In this document: positions 46,350-56,118 of the stretch, piece by piece | Layout of the letters: the number at the start of each line of letters is the position of its first letter | Position numbering within the stretch: position 1 is the stretch's first letter | Source of the DNA: Planctomycetota bacterium | GTDB lineage: Bacteria; Planctomycetota; UBA8108; UBA1146 | Assembly: GCA_028825265.1 (NCBI GenBank) | Contig: JAPKAM010000001.1 | Span: 386-64,385 of the forward strand | Direction of reading: 5' to 3' | Length of the DNA: 64,000 nt | Made by a program: the position numbers and the translations under genes | The notes under the pieces: generated by a model | What the model was told of the DNA's origin: nothing | The model's database searches: none | The model's input: the letters and a program-made list of their open reading frames with translations, nothing else

Positions 46350-47756
46350 ATGAACCAGGTCACTGCGGCAATGCCCACCCATACCGGAGGATTCTTGGCG
46401 AAAACTAGAACTCAATTCATGTGTCTCGAATGTGGTACCTCTCACGAACGCCACATGGGTCGCTGCCCCGATTGCGGCACCTATAACTCGCTGAAAGAAC
46501 ACCGACTCGCCCCAGAGCCGCGCCAACCACGAACTCGGCAACAGAACTCCCCAGCCGTGGCGGTACCCATCGATCAGGTCGAGGCGAACGAAGGGGATCG
46601 AATCTCCACCGGCCTCTCCGAAGTCGATCGAGTGCTCGGGGGAGGATTGGTTCCCGGCTGTGGAATGTTGCTCTCCGGTGAGCCGGGGATCGGCAAGTCG
46701 ACCTTGCTGCTCCAGATCGCCCAGGCCATCTCTCGCCAGGGGAAGAGATTTCTCTACGTCACCGGAGAGGAATCCGCAGCACAGGTTCGGCTTCGCTCCG
46801 ATCGAATCGGTACGGCAGGTTCAGAACTATGGCTGCACTCTGGTTGTGATCTCGCATCCATCGAGGATCTGATCGGGCAGCATGAACCGGTAGTGGTGGG
46901 AATCGACAGCATCCAGACCATCTGCTGGGACGAGATCCCAGCCGGTGCAGGAGGGGTGACCCAAGTCCGGGAAGTGGCTTCCCGCCTGCTGGCACTGGCC
47001 CGCAGTGTAGGATTCCCCCTCTTGCTGGTGGGGCATGTCACCAAGGACGGAACCGTCGCCGGGCCTCGAACCCTCGAACACATGGTCGATGCGGTGCTCC
47101 AATTTGAAGGGGAACGTGGTCACAGCCTCAGAATCCTGCGCGGGCTGAAGAACCGCTTCGGTTCGACCGAGGAGGTGGGAATCTTCGAGATGACATCCGA
47201 TGGTCTGAAAGAAGTGGACAACCCATCCGGACTACTTCTCTCCAACCGTCACGGCGCATCTCCCGGTTCAGCCACCGCTGCGATTCTCGAGGGAACCCGA
47301 CCGTTGCTGGTAGAAATCCAGGCGCTGGTCACCCCTGCCGCTCACGGAGCTCCCGCTCGTAAGCCATCAGGCATCGATTCCGGTCGGTTGTCGATGCTCG
47401 CCGCGGTCCTCGAAAAACGTCTCGGGATTCCTCTCGGAGGTTGCGACATTCACGCCAATGTCGTCGGCGGAGTGAAACTGAAGGGGACCGCCGCAGATCT
47501 GGCGCTCGCCGCCGCCATCCTGTCCTCCTTCCATGACCGAGCATTGCCCAAGGATGTGATCTTTACCGGCGAAGTGGGACTGCTCGGTGAAGTGCGACAG
47601 GTTCCTGGAACCCGGCAACGACTGGAAGAAGCCAGTCGCCTCGGCTTTCACTCGGCCTGTGTCGCCCCCGGAAGCCTCGATGGCCCGGGTCCTGAAGGAA
47701 TGCGAATTCATGAAACCGCCGAACTCCAGACACTGGCGGCCAGGTTCGTCCAGTGA
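46350..47756 (+). CDS. radA: DNA repair protein RadA (Sms)
   Basis: Zinc finger CLECGTSHERHMGRCPDCG. Walker A GEPGIGKSTLLLQ. KNRFG motif (LKNRFGSTEE). Lon-like C-terminal domain. Confidence 0.92.
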   Translation: MNQVTAAMPTHTGGFLAKTRTQFMCLECGTSHERHMGRCPDCGTYNSLKEHRLAPEPRQPRTRQQNSPAVAVPIDQVEANEGDRISTGLSEVDRVLGGGLVPGCGMLLSGEPGIGKSTLLLQIAQAISRQGKRFLYVTGEESAAQVRLRSDRIGTAGSELWLHSGCDLASIEDLIGQHEPVVVGIDSIQTICWDEIPAGAGGVTQVREVASRLLALARSVGFPLLLVGHVTKDGTVAGPRTLEHMVDAVLQFEGERGHSLRILRGLKNRFGSTEEVGIFEMTSDGLKEVDNPSGLLLSNRHGASPGSATAAILEGTRPLLVEIQALVTPAAHGAPARKPSGIDSGRLSMLAAVLEKRLGIPLGGCDIHANVVGGVKLKGTAADLALAAAILSSFHDRALPKDVIFTGEVGLLGEVRQVPGTRQRLEEASRLGFHSACVAPGSLDGPGPEGMRIHETAELQTLAARFVQ

Positions 47757-48589
47757 ACTCCCCCACAAGCATCCCCCAGAGTTTCGATCTGCTCGACTCC
47801 AAGGGTCAAGTCACCTGGGCATCACTGGCGCTCCTGACACTACTGCTGGTCTGCGTCGGAACTCTCTGGCCCATCTATCCCGCCGCTGACAATCCCGCTC
47901 TGGAATCACTTCTCCAGTCAGAGGACTCCCTCGACTCCACGCGCCAGTTGCCGTGGCTTCGACCCACTGACCAAAACCAGCGGCTCCCCTTCGATATCCA
48001 GGCGTTGCTATACGTCCACCAGATTCGAGGAACCCGCGCCATCTCGACCCACAATCTCTCGCCACAAGAGTGGGTCAGGACTCTGATGCTGATCTCGAAG
48101 TACACGACCGATCTCGCCAAGGGCGAGGTGGTACTGGCACTGATGCTGCTGGCGGCACTCTGGGCAAAACTGAAGCGATTTTCAGACGAGGTCCAGATGA
48201 AGATCAACAGCGGATTTGCAGGGATGGTGGTGGGCGCCATCTTGACCTGGGTGATCAAGATTGGGGTCGGTCGTGCCAGGCCCAACGGACTGTTCTATCA
48301 AGGAGATATGGACTGGAGTCCCGTCTCGCTGGAAAACTTACATCACAGTTTTCCATCGGGCCACTCCACTGCAGCGGGTGCAATGATGATGCTTCTCATC
48401 TTCCATTTCCCTCGATTCCGGTTTCTGTGGTTCGGAGCAGCGCTGTGGATCTGCGCCACTCGCGTGCTGACCGCCAACCATTGGCCCACCGATACTTTGG
48501 CCGGGCTACTGGTCGGAGCCTTCAGCGTTGCGTGGCTCAGTTCGGTCACCAGGTCGAGGATGAAGGCTCGGGTTCAAGAGCCGGCGTGA
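47753..48589 (+). CDS. PAP2 superfamily phosphatase (membrane-bound)
   Basis: PAP2 motifs KIGVGRARP, PSGHS, ATRVLTANHWPTD. Multiple TM segments. 4-bp overlap with radA. Confidence 0.8.
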   Translation: MNSPTSIPQSFDLLDSKGQVTWASLALLTLLLVCVGTLWPIYPAADNPALESLLQSEDSLDSTRQLPWLRPTDQNQRLPFDIQALLYVHQIRGTRAISTHNLSPQEWVRTLMLISKYTTDLAKGEVVLALMLLAALWAKLKRFSDEVQMKINSGFAGMVVGAILTWVIKIGVGRARPNGLFYQGDMDWSPVSLENLHHSFPSGHSTAAGAMMMLLIFHFPRFRFLWFGAALWICATRVLTANHWPTDTLAGLLVGAFSVAWLSSVTRSRMKARVQEPA

Positions 48590-50265
48590 TACCAGAGTTC
48601 GAGGGAAATCATCTCGCCTGTTGAATAGTTGAGAGTTCCCGCAGAGCCGTTGGTCCACACCTTCATGCAACCAGAGTTGTGGGGATCCAATCCGTCTCGC
48701 TCTCGCGCCCGGCGTGAAAGGAGCAGCCATGCGGGTCCGCCAGTCTGAAGCCACTGCGAGAATCCCTGTGGGTATTGATCGTGGAGTGACGGGAGTGTTT
48801 TTTGCCCCGCAACAGGATCTCGATCGAGGGCGAACACCAGGGAAGGCTCGTTGTATCCATGAACCACCAATGGCGCATCCGGCGCGTCACTCTCTGCGAT
48901 GGCTTTGACGATCTGTGGAGCCAGTTGCAAGCGTCTCTGAACTTCCCCAAGGCCGACGAAGATCAGTAGCAGGCTGATCCAGGTCGTGACCATCACAAAT
49001 CCTGGACCTTGCCAGCCCCAAAAATAAGACCCAGGCCTCATCTTCAACACCAGGATCGAAGTCGCGAGAAGTGCTGCCGTGGCCATCCACATCACCCAAA
49101 CACTGCCACCCTGATGATTCATCGATACGACCAAGCCGATCGCCAGCAGCAACAGTATCAGCATAGAAAAGCAACGACCGACGGTTCCGGCGATGCCGCC
49201 GAGTAGCCTCGATTCCACCTCGCCTTTCTCGACTCGAGTGCAAACCACGACCACCATTACGGCAATGCCGGGAAAGGCCCCAAGGATGTAATGGGGCAAC
49301 TTGGTGGCCACCACGGTCATCAACAGTAGTACCGGAAGGATCAATGCCGCCAGCAGGACTCCCTTTCCTTCACCGCCAAATAGTTGACGCCGATGGACCA
49401 CGATCGGAAATAGCAGTGCAGAGAGCGGCGCCGCCCCCAACAAGATCACCGGCAAGTAGAAAGGCAGTCCCAGGATCCAGCCGAGCCAACCGCTGGCACC
49501 ATGGCTCTCGAGTGCCGAGGTGGTTCTTTCGATCAGGTGGCGTTCGATGCCGATCTTTGCCAGTTGTCCATCGGTCGCATCATTGGCCGGGATCCCCCAG
49601 CCGAGAAAAATCACCAGCGCGAGCAAAGAAGCGATGGCCACCGTCCGCCACCACTTCCGACCCAGATCGAGGTGGTTGTTGCCGCCGATCGATGCCCAAG
49701 TCGATGCCAGCAAAAAGATGAGAGGCGCCACCGGCCCCTTGGCCAGCCACGCCCAGGCGAGAGCCAGGGTCAAGATGGGGAGGTGAGCCGGACGCCCGCC
49801 ACCGATCGCACGATCGACCAGAATGGCCAGCGAGACGGTGAGCCCTGCCATCATCGTGGCATCCGCCGTGGCCGCGCTTCCCAGCAGCAACGGCAGCGGC
49901 ATCCACGCCCCCACCAGCGCCGCCTTCCATCCAACATCACTGCCAGCGAAATTCCTTCCGATGTGGAAGGTCGCCAGTGCAGTGATGAGAGTGGCCAGGA
50001 TCGATGGGATTCGAACCGCCAGATCGGTCGCTCCCAGCCAGCCGATCCAGGGCATCATCAGCCAATAGACCAGTGGAGGCTTGTCGGGGCGAAGTTGGCC
50101 ATCGAATCGAGGGACCAGAAAATCTCCGGTCCTGACCATCTCCACCGCCGCCCGAGCAAAACGAGGCTCGTCTCGATCGAACAACTGGGTCGATGACGCC
50201 AGTTGGATGCCGCTGCCACACAACACGATCAATAACAGAGACAAGCGGAAGCCCTGCGACTTCAT
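48574..50265 (-). CDS. ArnT/PMT (GT39/GT83)-like membrane glycosyltransferase
   Basis: N-terminal FDRDEPRFARAAVEMVRTGDFLVPRFDGQLRPDKPPLVYWLM is the typical ArnT/PMT family loop. Many TM segments. 563 aa. Confidence 0.75.
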   Translation of the reverse strand: MKSQGFRLSLLLIVLCGSGIQLASSTQLFDRDEPRFARAAVEMVRTGDFLVPRFDGQLRPDKPPLVYWLMMPWIGWLGATDLAVRIPSILATLITALATFHIGRNFAGSDVGWKAALVGAWMPLPLLLGSAATADATMMAGLTVSLAILVDRAIGGGRPAHLPILTLALAWAWLAKGPVAPLIFLLASTWASIGGNNHLDLGRKWWRTVAIASLLALVIFLGWGIPANDATDGQLAKIGIERHLIERTTSALESHGASGWLGWILGLPFYLPVILLGAAPLSALLFPIVVHRRQLFGGEGKGVLLAALILPVLLLMTVVATKLPHYILGAFPGIAVMVVVVCTRVEKGEVESRLLGGIAGTVGRCFSMLILLLLAIGLVVSMNHQGGSVWVMWMATAALLATSILVLKMRPGSYFWGWQGPGFVMVTTWISLLLIFVGLGEVQRRLQLAPQIVKAIAESDAPDAPLVVHGYNEPSLVFALDRDPVAGQKTLPSLHDQYPQGFSQWLQTGGPAWLLLSRRARERDGLDPHNSGCMKVWTNGSAGTLNYSTGEMISLELWYHAGS

Positions 50266-50290
50266 CTGCGGTTGACTCCATCCGAGAGCA

Positions 50291-51394
50291 TCATGGCTGA
50301 AGAGCTGCTTTTAGCTGATCCCAGTCGATCTGAGGGACCTGTCTGGAACTGGATGGGGCCCGCTGAAGTTGCTCCCGAATCGAGTCTGCCCTGCTGCCCG
50401 GATCCGGATGGGAAGAAAGCCACGCCGGCACCGAAGATTGCAGATCTTCCGCTGCCAGTTTCTCGAAGAAGGTCGCCATCGATGAGCCATCCCAACCCGC
50501 CGATTGAACCATCCTGAGCCCGACTTGATCCGCCTCGGTTTCGTGATCCCTGCTGTATCCCTGCTGAATCAGGTACTCCAACCCACCCCCCAGAGCCGCC
50601 GTCCCGGATACATCCCCCAGGCCCGCCTGGACCAGCGCCGCCAACGAAACCGTCTGGATCAACTGGCGTACTCCATGGCGCCCAGTGGCATGAGCCAGTT
50701 CATGTGCGATCACTCCTGCCACCTCATCGGCGTTGTCAGCGGCCAGCAGTAGGCCGGTGAAGACGGTGACATAACCACCCGGAAGGCAGTAGGCATTGAC
50801 CAGTTCGCTCTCCACCACCACCAGTTCAGGCTCGATCCCTTCGACACCGAGATGGGGCCGGAGGGAATCGAGAATTCGAGTCATCGCTGAATTGACCACT
50901 TCGTCGGTACAGATGGTTTGATCGGCAAGCATCGTTTGGTGGGTTGCTTTCCCGAGACTCTGGTCGAGGGAAATGGGAACCAGATGGATCAGCATTCCGA
51001 CCGCTAGAACGACGCCAAAATAGAGCAGGGCTGCCACGCTGGAGAGGACCAGCAGAGAGACCCACAAGATCTTGCCGGCTCCCCAGCTTCGCTTGCGCAG
51101 ATTCGTGGCCATTTCATCCAGTTGATCGGAGAGTTCCAGCGGCGCGCAGGATCTCACCTCCGCGAACACAGCGGAGTCCCTCATCGAAAAGGCGAGATCT
51201 CCCTGCGATGCACGAACGCTAATACAACTGCCAAGAATCTCAGCGCGAGCAGAATTCAGATCGATGGTCGCTCGCTGGCCATCGGGCCCGTTCAAGAGCG
51301 CCCGACCCTCCTTGATCTGGAGATCTGCAGAGCCACTGACACCGAACTCACCCCCATGTGCGGTGACTGAAAGCCCGGCGGAGGCGTCGTCCAT
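50291..51394 (-). CDS. M48-family zinc metallopeptidase with N-terminal non-catalytic domain and TM segment
   Basis: HEXXH: VIAHELAHATGRHGV. Downstream Glu: ETEADQVGLRM. TM ILWVSLLVLSSVAALLYFGVVLAVGMLI. Confidence 0.8.
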   Translation of the reverse strand: MDDASAGLSVTAHGGEFGVSGSADLQIKEGRALLNGPDGQRATIDLNSARAEILGSCISVRASQGDLAFSMRDSAVFAEVRSCAPLELSDQLDEMATNLRKRSWGAGKILWVSLLVLSSVAALLYFGVVLAVGMLIHLVPISLDQSLGKATHQTMLADQTICTDEVVNSAMTRILDSLRPHLGVEGIEPELVVVESELVNAYCLPGGYVTVFTGLLLAADNADEVAGVIAHELAHATGRHGVRQLIQTVSLAALVQAGLGDVSGTAALGGGLEYLIQQGYSRDHETEADQVGLRMVQSAGWDGSSMATFFEKLAAEDLQSSVPAWLSSHPDPGSRADSIREQLQRAPSSSRQVPQIDWDQLKAALQP

Positions 51395-51397
51395 CGC

Positions 51398-54144
51398 CTA
51401 GTGATCCCGTCCGGGGCTGGCTCTCAATGCTGGCTCTGCCGCGAATCCAGTCGGCGATTCGATACGAGTCACTTCCACCGCAGCCACTTTGAACTCGGGG
51501 GTTTCCGTGATGGGATCCACATCTGGATTGGTGATGTCGTTGGTCATCGTTTCCTCAGGAAAGGCGAAACTCATGAACATGGTCCCGCGAGGGGATGTCT
51601 TTGTGACGGTCACCCGAGTCATCACCTCGCCACGACGGGAGCGGATTTTTGCCCAGTCGCCATCTTCGAGTTTCAACTTCTCGGCATCCGCTGGATGAAC
51701 TTCGAGCCATTCATTGGGAACCAGGATCCGAAATCCGCTCGACCGCCCAGTCATGGTGTTGGTGTGATAGGTCGGCAAACGACGTCCTGTGGTCAGGTAG
51801 TAGGGATACTCATCGTCTGGATTCTCCGAAGGAGGGACATACTCCAGTAACTGCAACTTGCCCTTACCATTGACGAACTCATCCTCGTGCAACACGGGAG
51901 TTCCAGGGTGGTCGAGGTGAGGAACTGGCCATGCCAGATCTCCCGATTCGATCCGATCGTAATTGAGCCCCGCATAGATGGGAGACAAGGATGCCAGTTC
52001 ATCGAAGACCTCTTCGCTACTGGAATAGTCGAAATGAACTCCGCTTTCCATCCGCTTGGCGACTTCCGCAATGATCCACCAGTCCGCCTTTGCTTCTCCC
52101 GGCGGTACAGCCGCCTGCCTCAGGCGTTGCACACGACGATCCGAATTGGTGAAGAAGCCATCGACCTCAGTGAACGCTGCCGCAGGAAAGATCACATCTG
52201 CTTTTTCCGCCGTGTCAGTGAGAAACATGTCCTGAACAACGAGGAAATCCAGAGCTTCGAGAGCCTTGGTTGTGTGCTTGACATCAGGATCGGTGACCAG
52301 TGTGTTTTCGCCGACAATCCACATCGATTTGACTCGACCATCGACTGCATGATCGAGGGCTGCGATTTTTGTGATTCCATTTTTTGGGTCCATCGGAACA
52401 CCATAGGCCTTCTCGAATTTCAGCTGGCTCGCAGGATCATCGACCGCCTGGAATCCGGGGTAGTTGTTGGGCAATGCGCCGCAATCACCGGCTCCCTGGA
52501 TGTTGTTCTGGCCACGCAAGGGATTGACTCCAGCACTGCTCTTCCCCAGGTTTCCTGTGATCAGTGCTAGATTACAGAGGCTCTGTACATTTGAGACTCC
52601 GCAGATGTGCTCCGTGATTCCAAGGGTGTAATAAATTCCAGCTCGCTCTGCTGAACCATACGCGATGGCACATTCACGAATCAAATCTGCAGGAACCCCG
52701 GTGACTCCCTCGGCATATTCGGGCGTGAAGGGCACCAAGTGATCCTTCAATTGCTCGAATCCTTCGGTACGATTCTCGATGTAATCCAGATCTGCGAGCC
52801 CTTCCTGGATGATCACATTGGCCATCGCATTGAAGAGCGCGACATCGGAACCCAGTTTCAATGGCAAGTGCCCGGTGGCGTATTGTGTCAGCGGTATCTT
52901 TCGTGGATCGACCACGTAAAGCTTGGCACCCTTTCGAACCGCCTTCTTCACACGCACCGCGATGATCGGATGGCATTCGGTCATGTTGGTACCGACACAC
53001 AGCATCATCGGGCAATCCTCGATCTCGGGGATCGAGTTCGACATCGCTCCGCGTCCAATCGAGGCCGCCAGACCGGCGACCGTTGGACTGTGTCAGCCAC
53101 GCGAACAGTTGTCGATTTGATTCGAGTTCATCACTGCTCGAGTGAACTTCTGTAACATGTAGGCACTTTCGCCAGGAGCTCTACCACTGGCGATGGCGTA
53201 AAAGGCCTTGGGGCCATGGTCCGCCTTGATGCTCTTAAGGCGTGAAGCAGTATAGTCGAGCGCCTCGTTCCAGGAGACTGGAGTCAACTTCCCCTGCTTG
53301 CGAATCAGTGGCCTGGTCAGTCGGTCATCCGAGTTGACGAAATCAAACCCAAACTGTCCCTTCACGCACAACGCTCCGGCATTGACCGGGCCGCCGAGAA
53401 CCGGCGTGACTCCGATCATCTTTCCATCCCTTGAATGGAGATTGATGGAACAACCGGTACCACAATAGGGACACACACTTCGAGTGACTTCGATCTCACC
53501 AGGAACAGATCCCTGATTGACCATCTTCTTGTCAGCAAGAGCTCCGGTGGGACAGGTGTAGATGCATTGCCCGCAGAGCGTACAGTCGCTACCCATCAAG
53601 AGACCATCAAACGCGGTGGCGATGCCCTTGTTCCAACCACGGCCAGTCATGGTGATGGCATGATCCGCTTCCACTTCATCGCAGATTCGGACACATCGAT
53701 AGCAGGAGATGCATCGGTCGTAGTCTCGCAGCAGGAAGGGATTGGAATCATCCATCGAGGCGTTGCTGGTCGCTCCCAGGAAGCGATTGCGTCCAACCTT
53801 GAATTCTGTAGCCAGGTCGTGAACTTCACAACTTCCGAGATCCCTGCACCTCGGACACTCATCACCCGGGTTTTCCGAAAGCACCATCTCGACCAAGGTA
53901 CTCTGCATCTTCCGCAGTTTGTCACTGCCAGTGCGCACCACCATGCCTTCTGCGGCCCCCAGAGTGCAGGAAGAAGCGGGCATCCGATGGCCTTCCACTT
54001 CCACCACGCACAATCGACAGGAGCCAAAGGGCTCGAGCCGTTCATCCCAACAAAGGGTCGGAACAAAGGTCCCCAGACGCCGTGCCACTTCGAGCACCGT
54101 CTCGCCCTCCTGGAAGGTCACATCTTGACCATCGAGATTCATCT
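51398..54144 (-). CDS. fdhA: Selenocysteine-containing formate dehydrogenase catalytic subunit (FdhF/FdsA-like). N-terminal NuoG-like 2Fe-2S plus 4Fe-4S domains are fused to a Mo-bisPGD domain. The in-frame TGA (complement of 53093-53095) is read as Sec.
   Basis: The two track ORFs (53093..54217 and 51398..53044) are in the same frame, separated only by TGA. The translation across the junction is ...YMLQKFTRAVMNSNQIDNCSRG-U-HSPTVAGLAASIGRGAMSNSIPEIEDCPMMLCVGTNMTECHP... It aligns with E. coli FdhF ...VDCCARV-U-HGPSVAGL...GAMSNAINEID... N-terminus CRLCVVEV (2Fe-2S), CISCYRCVRICDE and CTLCGQCIYTCP (4Fe-4S), CPYCGTGCSINL (MopB 4Fe-4S). Start at ATG (complement of 54142-54144) with AAGGAG RBS. Confidence 0.85.
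53063..53092 (-). promoter_or_regulatory. Putative bacterial SECIS element immediately 3' of the UGA-Sec codon of fdhA
   Basis: mRNA: UGA-CACAGUCCAAC-GGUCGCC-GGUCU-GGCGGCC. 7-bp stem (with one G·U pair) and GGUCU apical loop begin 11 nt after UGA. This closely mirrors the E. coli fdhF SECIS (GGUUGCAGGUCUGCACC). Confidence 0.5.
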
Positions 54145-54149
54145 TCGAC

Positions 54150-55910
54150 TCACTCAACTGAATCTCCTTTTCCTGGGTTCTTCGCACTCTGCCCGTCGAT
54201 GTAGTCTTGCACGACATCCGGCCAGTACTTCTTCATCGTCCTGGTGATGAAGGGTGCAGCCAATCCAAGTCCACAGGCGCTGGTTTCTCCCAGCACCTCT
54301 TCCAAGTCTGCCAGTTCCTCCAGTGGATTGTCGCGAATCACCGGGTTCCCAGCGGAATGCTCGATCAATTCATCGAGCAACTCGGTAACCCTGACAGTAC
54401 CGATTCGGCAGGGAAAACACTTCCCGCACGATTCCTGCGCAAGGAAGTGCATACTCTCGCGCGCCGCTTGGATCATGCACCGAGTTTCATCGTGCACGAT
54501 GATCCCTCCGGCTCCGAGCATTGCGCCGAGTTCCGTCAAGGAACCTGGATCGAGCGCCACGTCGAGATCCGCGGCTCCGACGAACCCGCCGCTGATTCCC
54601 GCCATCGTCACACCCTGGATCGCTTTTCCATCGGGTGTTCCACCGGCGTAAGTTTGCAGGAGTTCTCGCAGCGAAGTCCCCACCGGGACCTCGTAATTTC
54701 CGGGGTGGGAGATATCTCCCGAAACGCTGAAGACTCGGGTTCCGGCATTTTCTCCCAACCCGAGTGCCTGGAACCAGGCTCCCCCTTTTTCAAGGATGGC
54801 AGGGACTGCACAGAAGGTCTCGACATTGTTGACCACTGTCGGCAGATCGAACAGTCCATGAGTGGTGGGGAAAGGAGGCTTCTCCCTCGGGAATGGGTGC
54901 TTGCCCTCCAGAGAGTTCAACAGTGAGGTCTCTTCACCACAGATGTAGGCTCCGGCTCCCCGACGGATGACAATCCGAAATGGCCGACCCGTTCCACAGA
55001 CATCATCTCCCAGCAGACCCGCCTGAGTGGCTTCGTCGATGGCGACCTGCAGTGATTCAAGGATTTCAGGGTATTCCCACCGAAGATATACGATGCCAAT
55101 CTTGGCACCGGTCACCAGGCCTGCACAGGCCATTCCCTCGAGCATTGCATGGGGACTATGAGCCATCAGAAGTCGATCCTTGAAACAACCGACCTCACTC
55201 TCGTCCGCGTTGCAAATGATGTACTTCGGCCCGCGGGTCTCGCTACGAACCGCTTCCCACTTCACGCCGGTGGGAAATCCTGCCCCCCCCCTGCCAGTGA
55301 GGCCGCTTTCATTCATCTGGGCGAGCACTTCCTGAGGATCGGAGGCGGCCAGTTTGGGGCTCTCCCAGGCTCCGTGGGAAAGCGCTCCAGCGAGGGTGTC
55401 GATTCCATCTCGAATGTCTCGGAAGAGACACTCTTCCAGACCTGTTTCGGGGGGAAGCGGCATCGTCGCAGCAGTCATATTTTCGACGGCACCGGCCCGG
55501 GCACCGTGGAAAAACTTCTCGCCGATCAGAATCGGAACCGGCATATCACATCGCCCCGGGCAGGAGATCTTCTCGACCTGGCCCGAATGTGCGACTCCCA
55601 GATCCACATCGACCACCTCCCTGGAAATGGCATCCAGATCATGAAGGCAGCAAGCCGAGTTCTCACAGATACGAATATCGGGGATCGGTTTCGGCTCCAG
55701 CTGGAAGTAGTGGTAGAAGGTGACGGTGCCATAGAGGTCGCTGATGGGGATCTTGAATCGCTCAGCCACCTGTCGGAGAGCAGGTTCTGGCAGATAACCA
55801 TGATGATCCTGGATCGCATGAAGCACCTCCAGGAACGGAGCCGGCTGCTCCATCAGGCGATCGAGAATCCCATCGGTGACCGGATCCTTGACCTCGATTC
55901 CCGTCTTCAT
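54150..55910 (-). CDS. Fused NuoE-like (2Fe-2S) / NuoF-like (FMN, NADH-binding, 4Fe-4S) diaphorase subunit of NAD(P)-linked formate dehydrogenase
   Basis: NuoE part: HAIQDHHGYLPEPALRQVAERFKIPISDLYGTVTFYHYF...ICENSACCLHD. NuoF part: GRGGAGFPTGVKWE, ESCGKCFPCRIGT. Immediately upstream of fdhA (5-nt gap). Confidence 0.85.
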   Translation of the reverse strand: MKTGIEVKDPVTDGILDRLMEQPAPFLEVLHAIQDHHGYLPEPALRQVAERFKIPISDLYGTVTFYHYFQLEPKPIPDIRICENSACCLHDLDAISREVVDVDLGVAHSGQVEKISCPGRCDMPVPILIGEKFFHGARAGAVENMTAATMPLPPETGLEECLFRDIRDGIDTLAGALSHGAWESPKLAASDPQEVLAQMNESGLTGRGGAGFPTGVKWEAVRSETRGPKYIICNADESEVGCFKDRLLMAHSPHAMLEGMACAGLVTGAKIGIVYLRWEYPEILESLQVAIDEATQAGLLGDDVCGTGRPFRIVIRRGAGAYICGEETSLLNSLEGKHPFPREKPPFPTTHGLFDLPTVVNNVETFCAVPAILEKGGAWFQALGLGENAGTRVFSVSGDISHPGNYEVPVGTSLRELLQTYAGGTPDGKAIQGVTMAGISGGFVGAADLDVALDPGSLTELGAMLGAGGIIVHDETRCMIQAARESMHFLAQESCGKCFPCRIGTVRVTELLDELIEHSAGNPVIRDNPLEELADLEEVLGETSACGLGLAAPFITRTMKKYWPDVVQDYIDGQSAKNPGKGDSVE

Positions 55911-56056
55911 CAGGCTCCTCTTCCAGGATAGTGGCTCATGGTGACTCCGAACCAGGAGCCGCGACCATCACCAAGGTATCTGGAACCGACAACTTCAACA
56001 AGGCGAGGGTTCTTCAGATTACCCCCCTCCATAGAAAAGAAGGCATCCGTACGACT

Positions 56057-56092
56057 AAAAAAGCGGCCCCGCTGCGTGTACAGCGGGGCCGC
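56057..56092 (-). terminator. Rho-independent terminator downstream of the S8-PKD protease gene
   Basis: 12-bp perfect inverted repeat GCGGCCCCGCTG / CAGCGGGGCCGC with a 6-nt loop. It is followed on the - strand by TTTTTT (AAAAAA at 56057-56062 on +). Confidence 0.6.
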
Positions 56093-56118
56093 AATCCAAC
56101 GAAACGATCGAGTCGATG

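Noticed and set aside
51398-54217. Formate dehydrogenase apparently split into two ORFs (pseudogene or frameshift?)
   Set aside because: Both halves are in the same frame. The single TGA aligns with the conserved Sec of FdhF and is followed by a SECIS-like hairpin. I interpret it as an intact selenoprotein gene.
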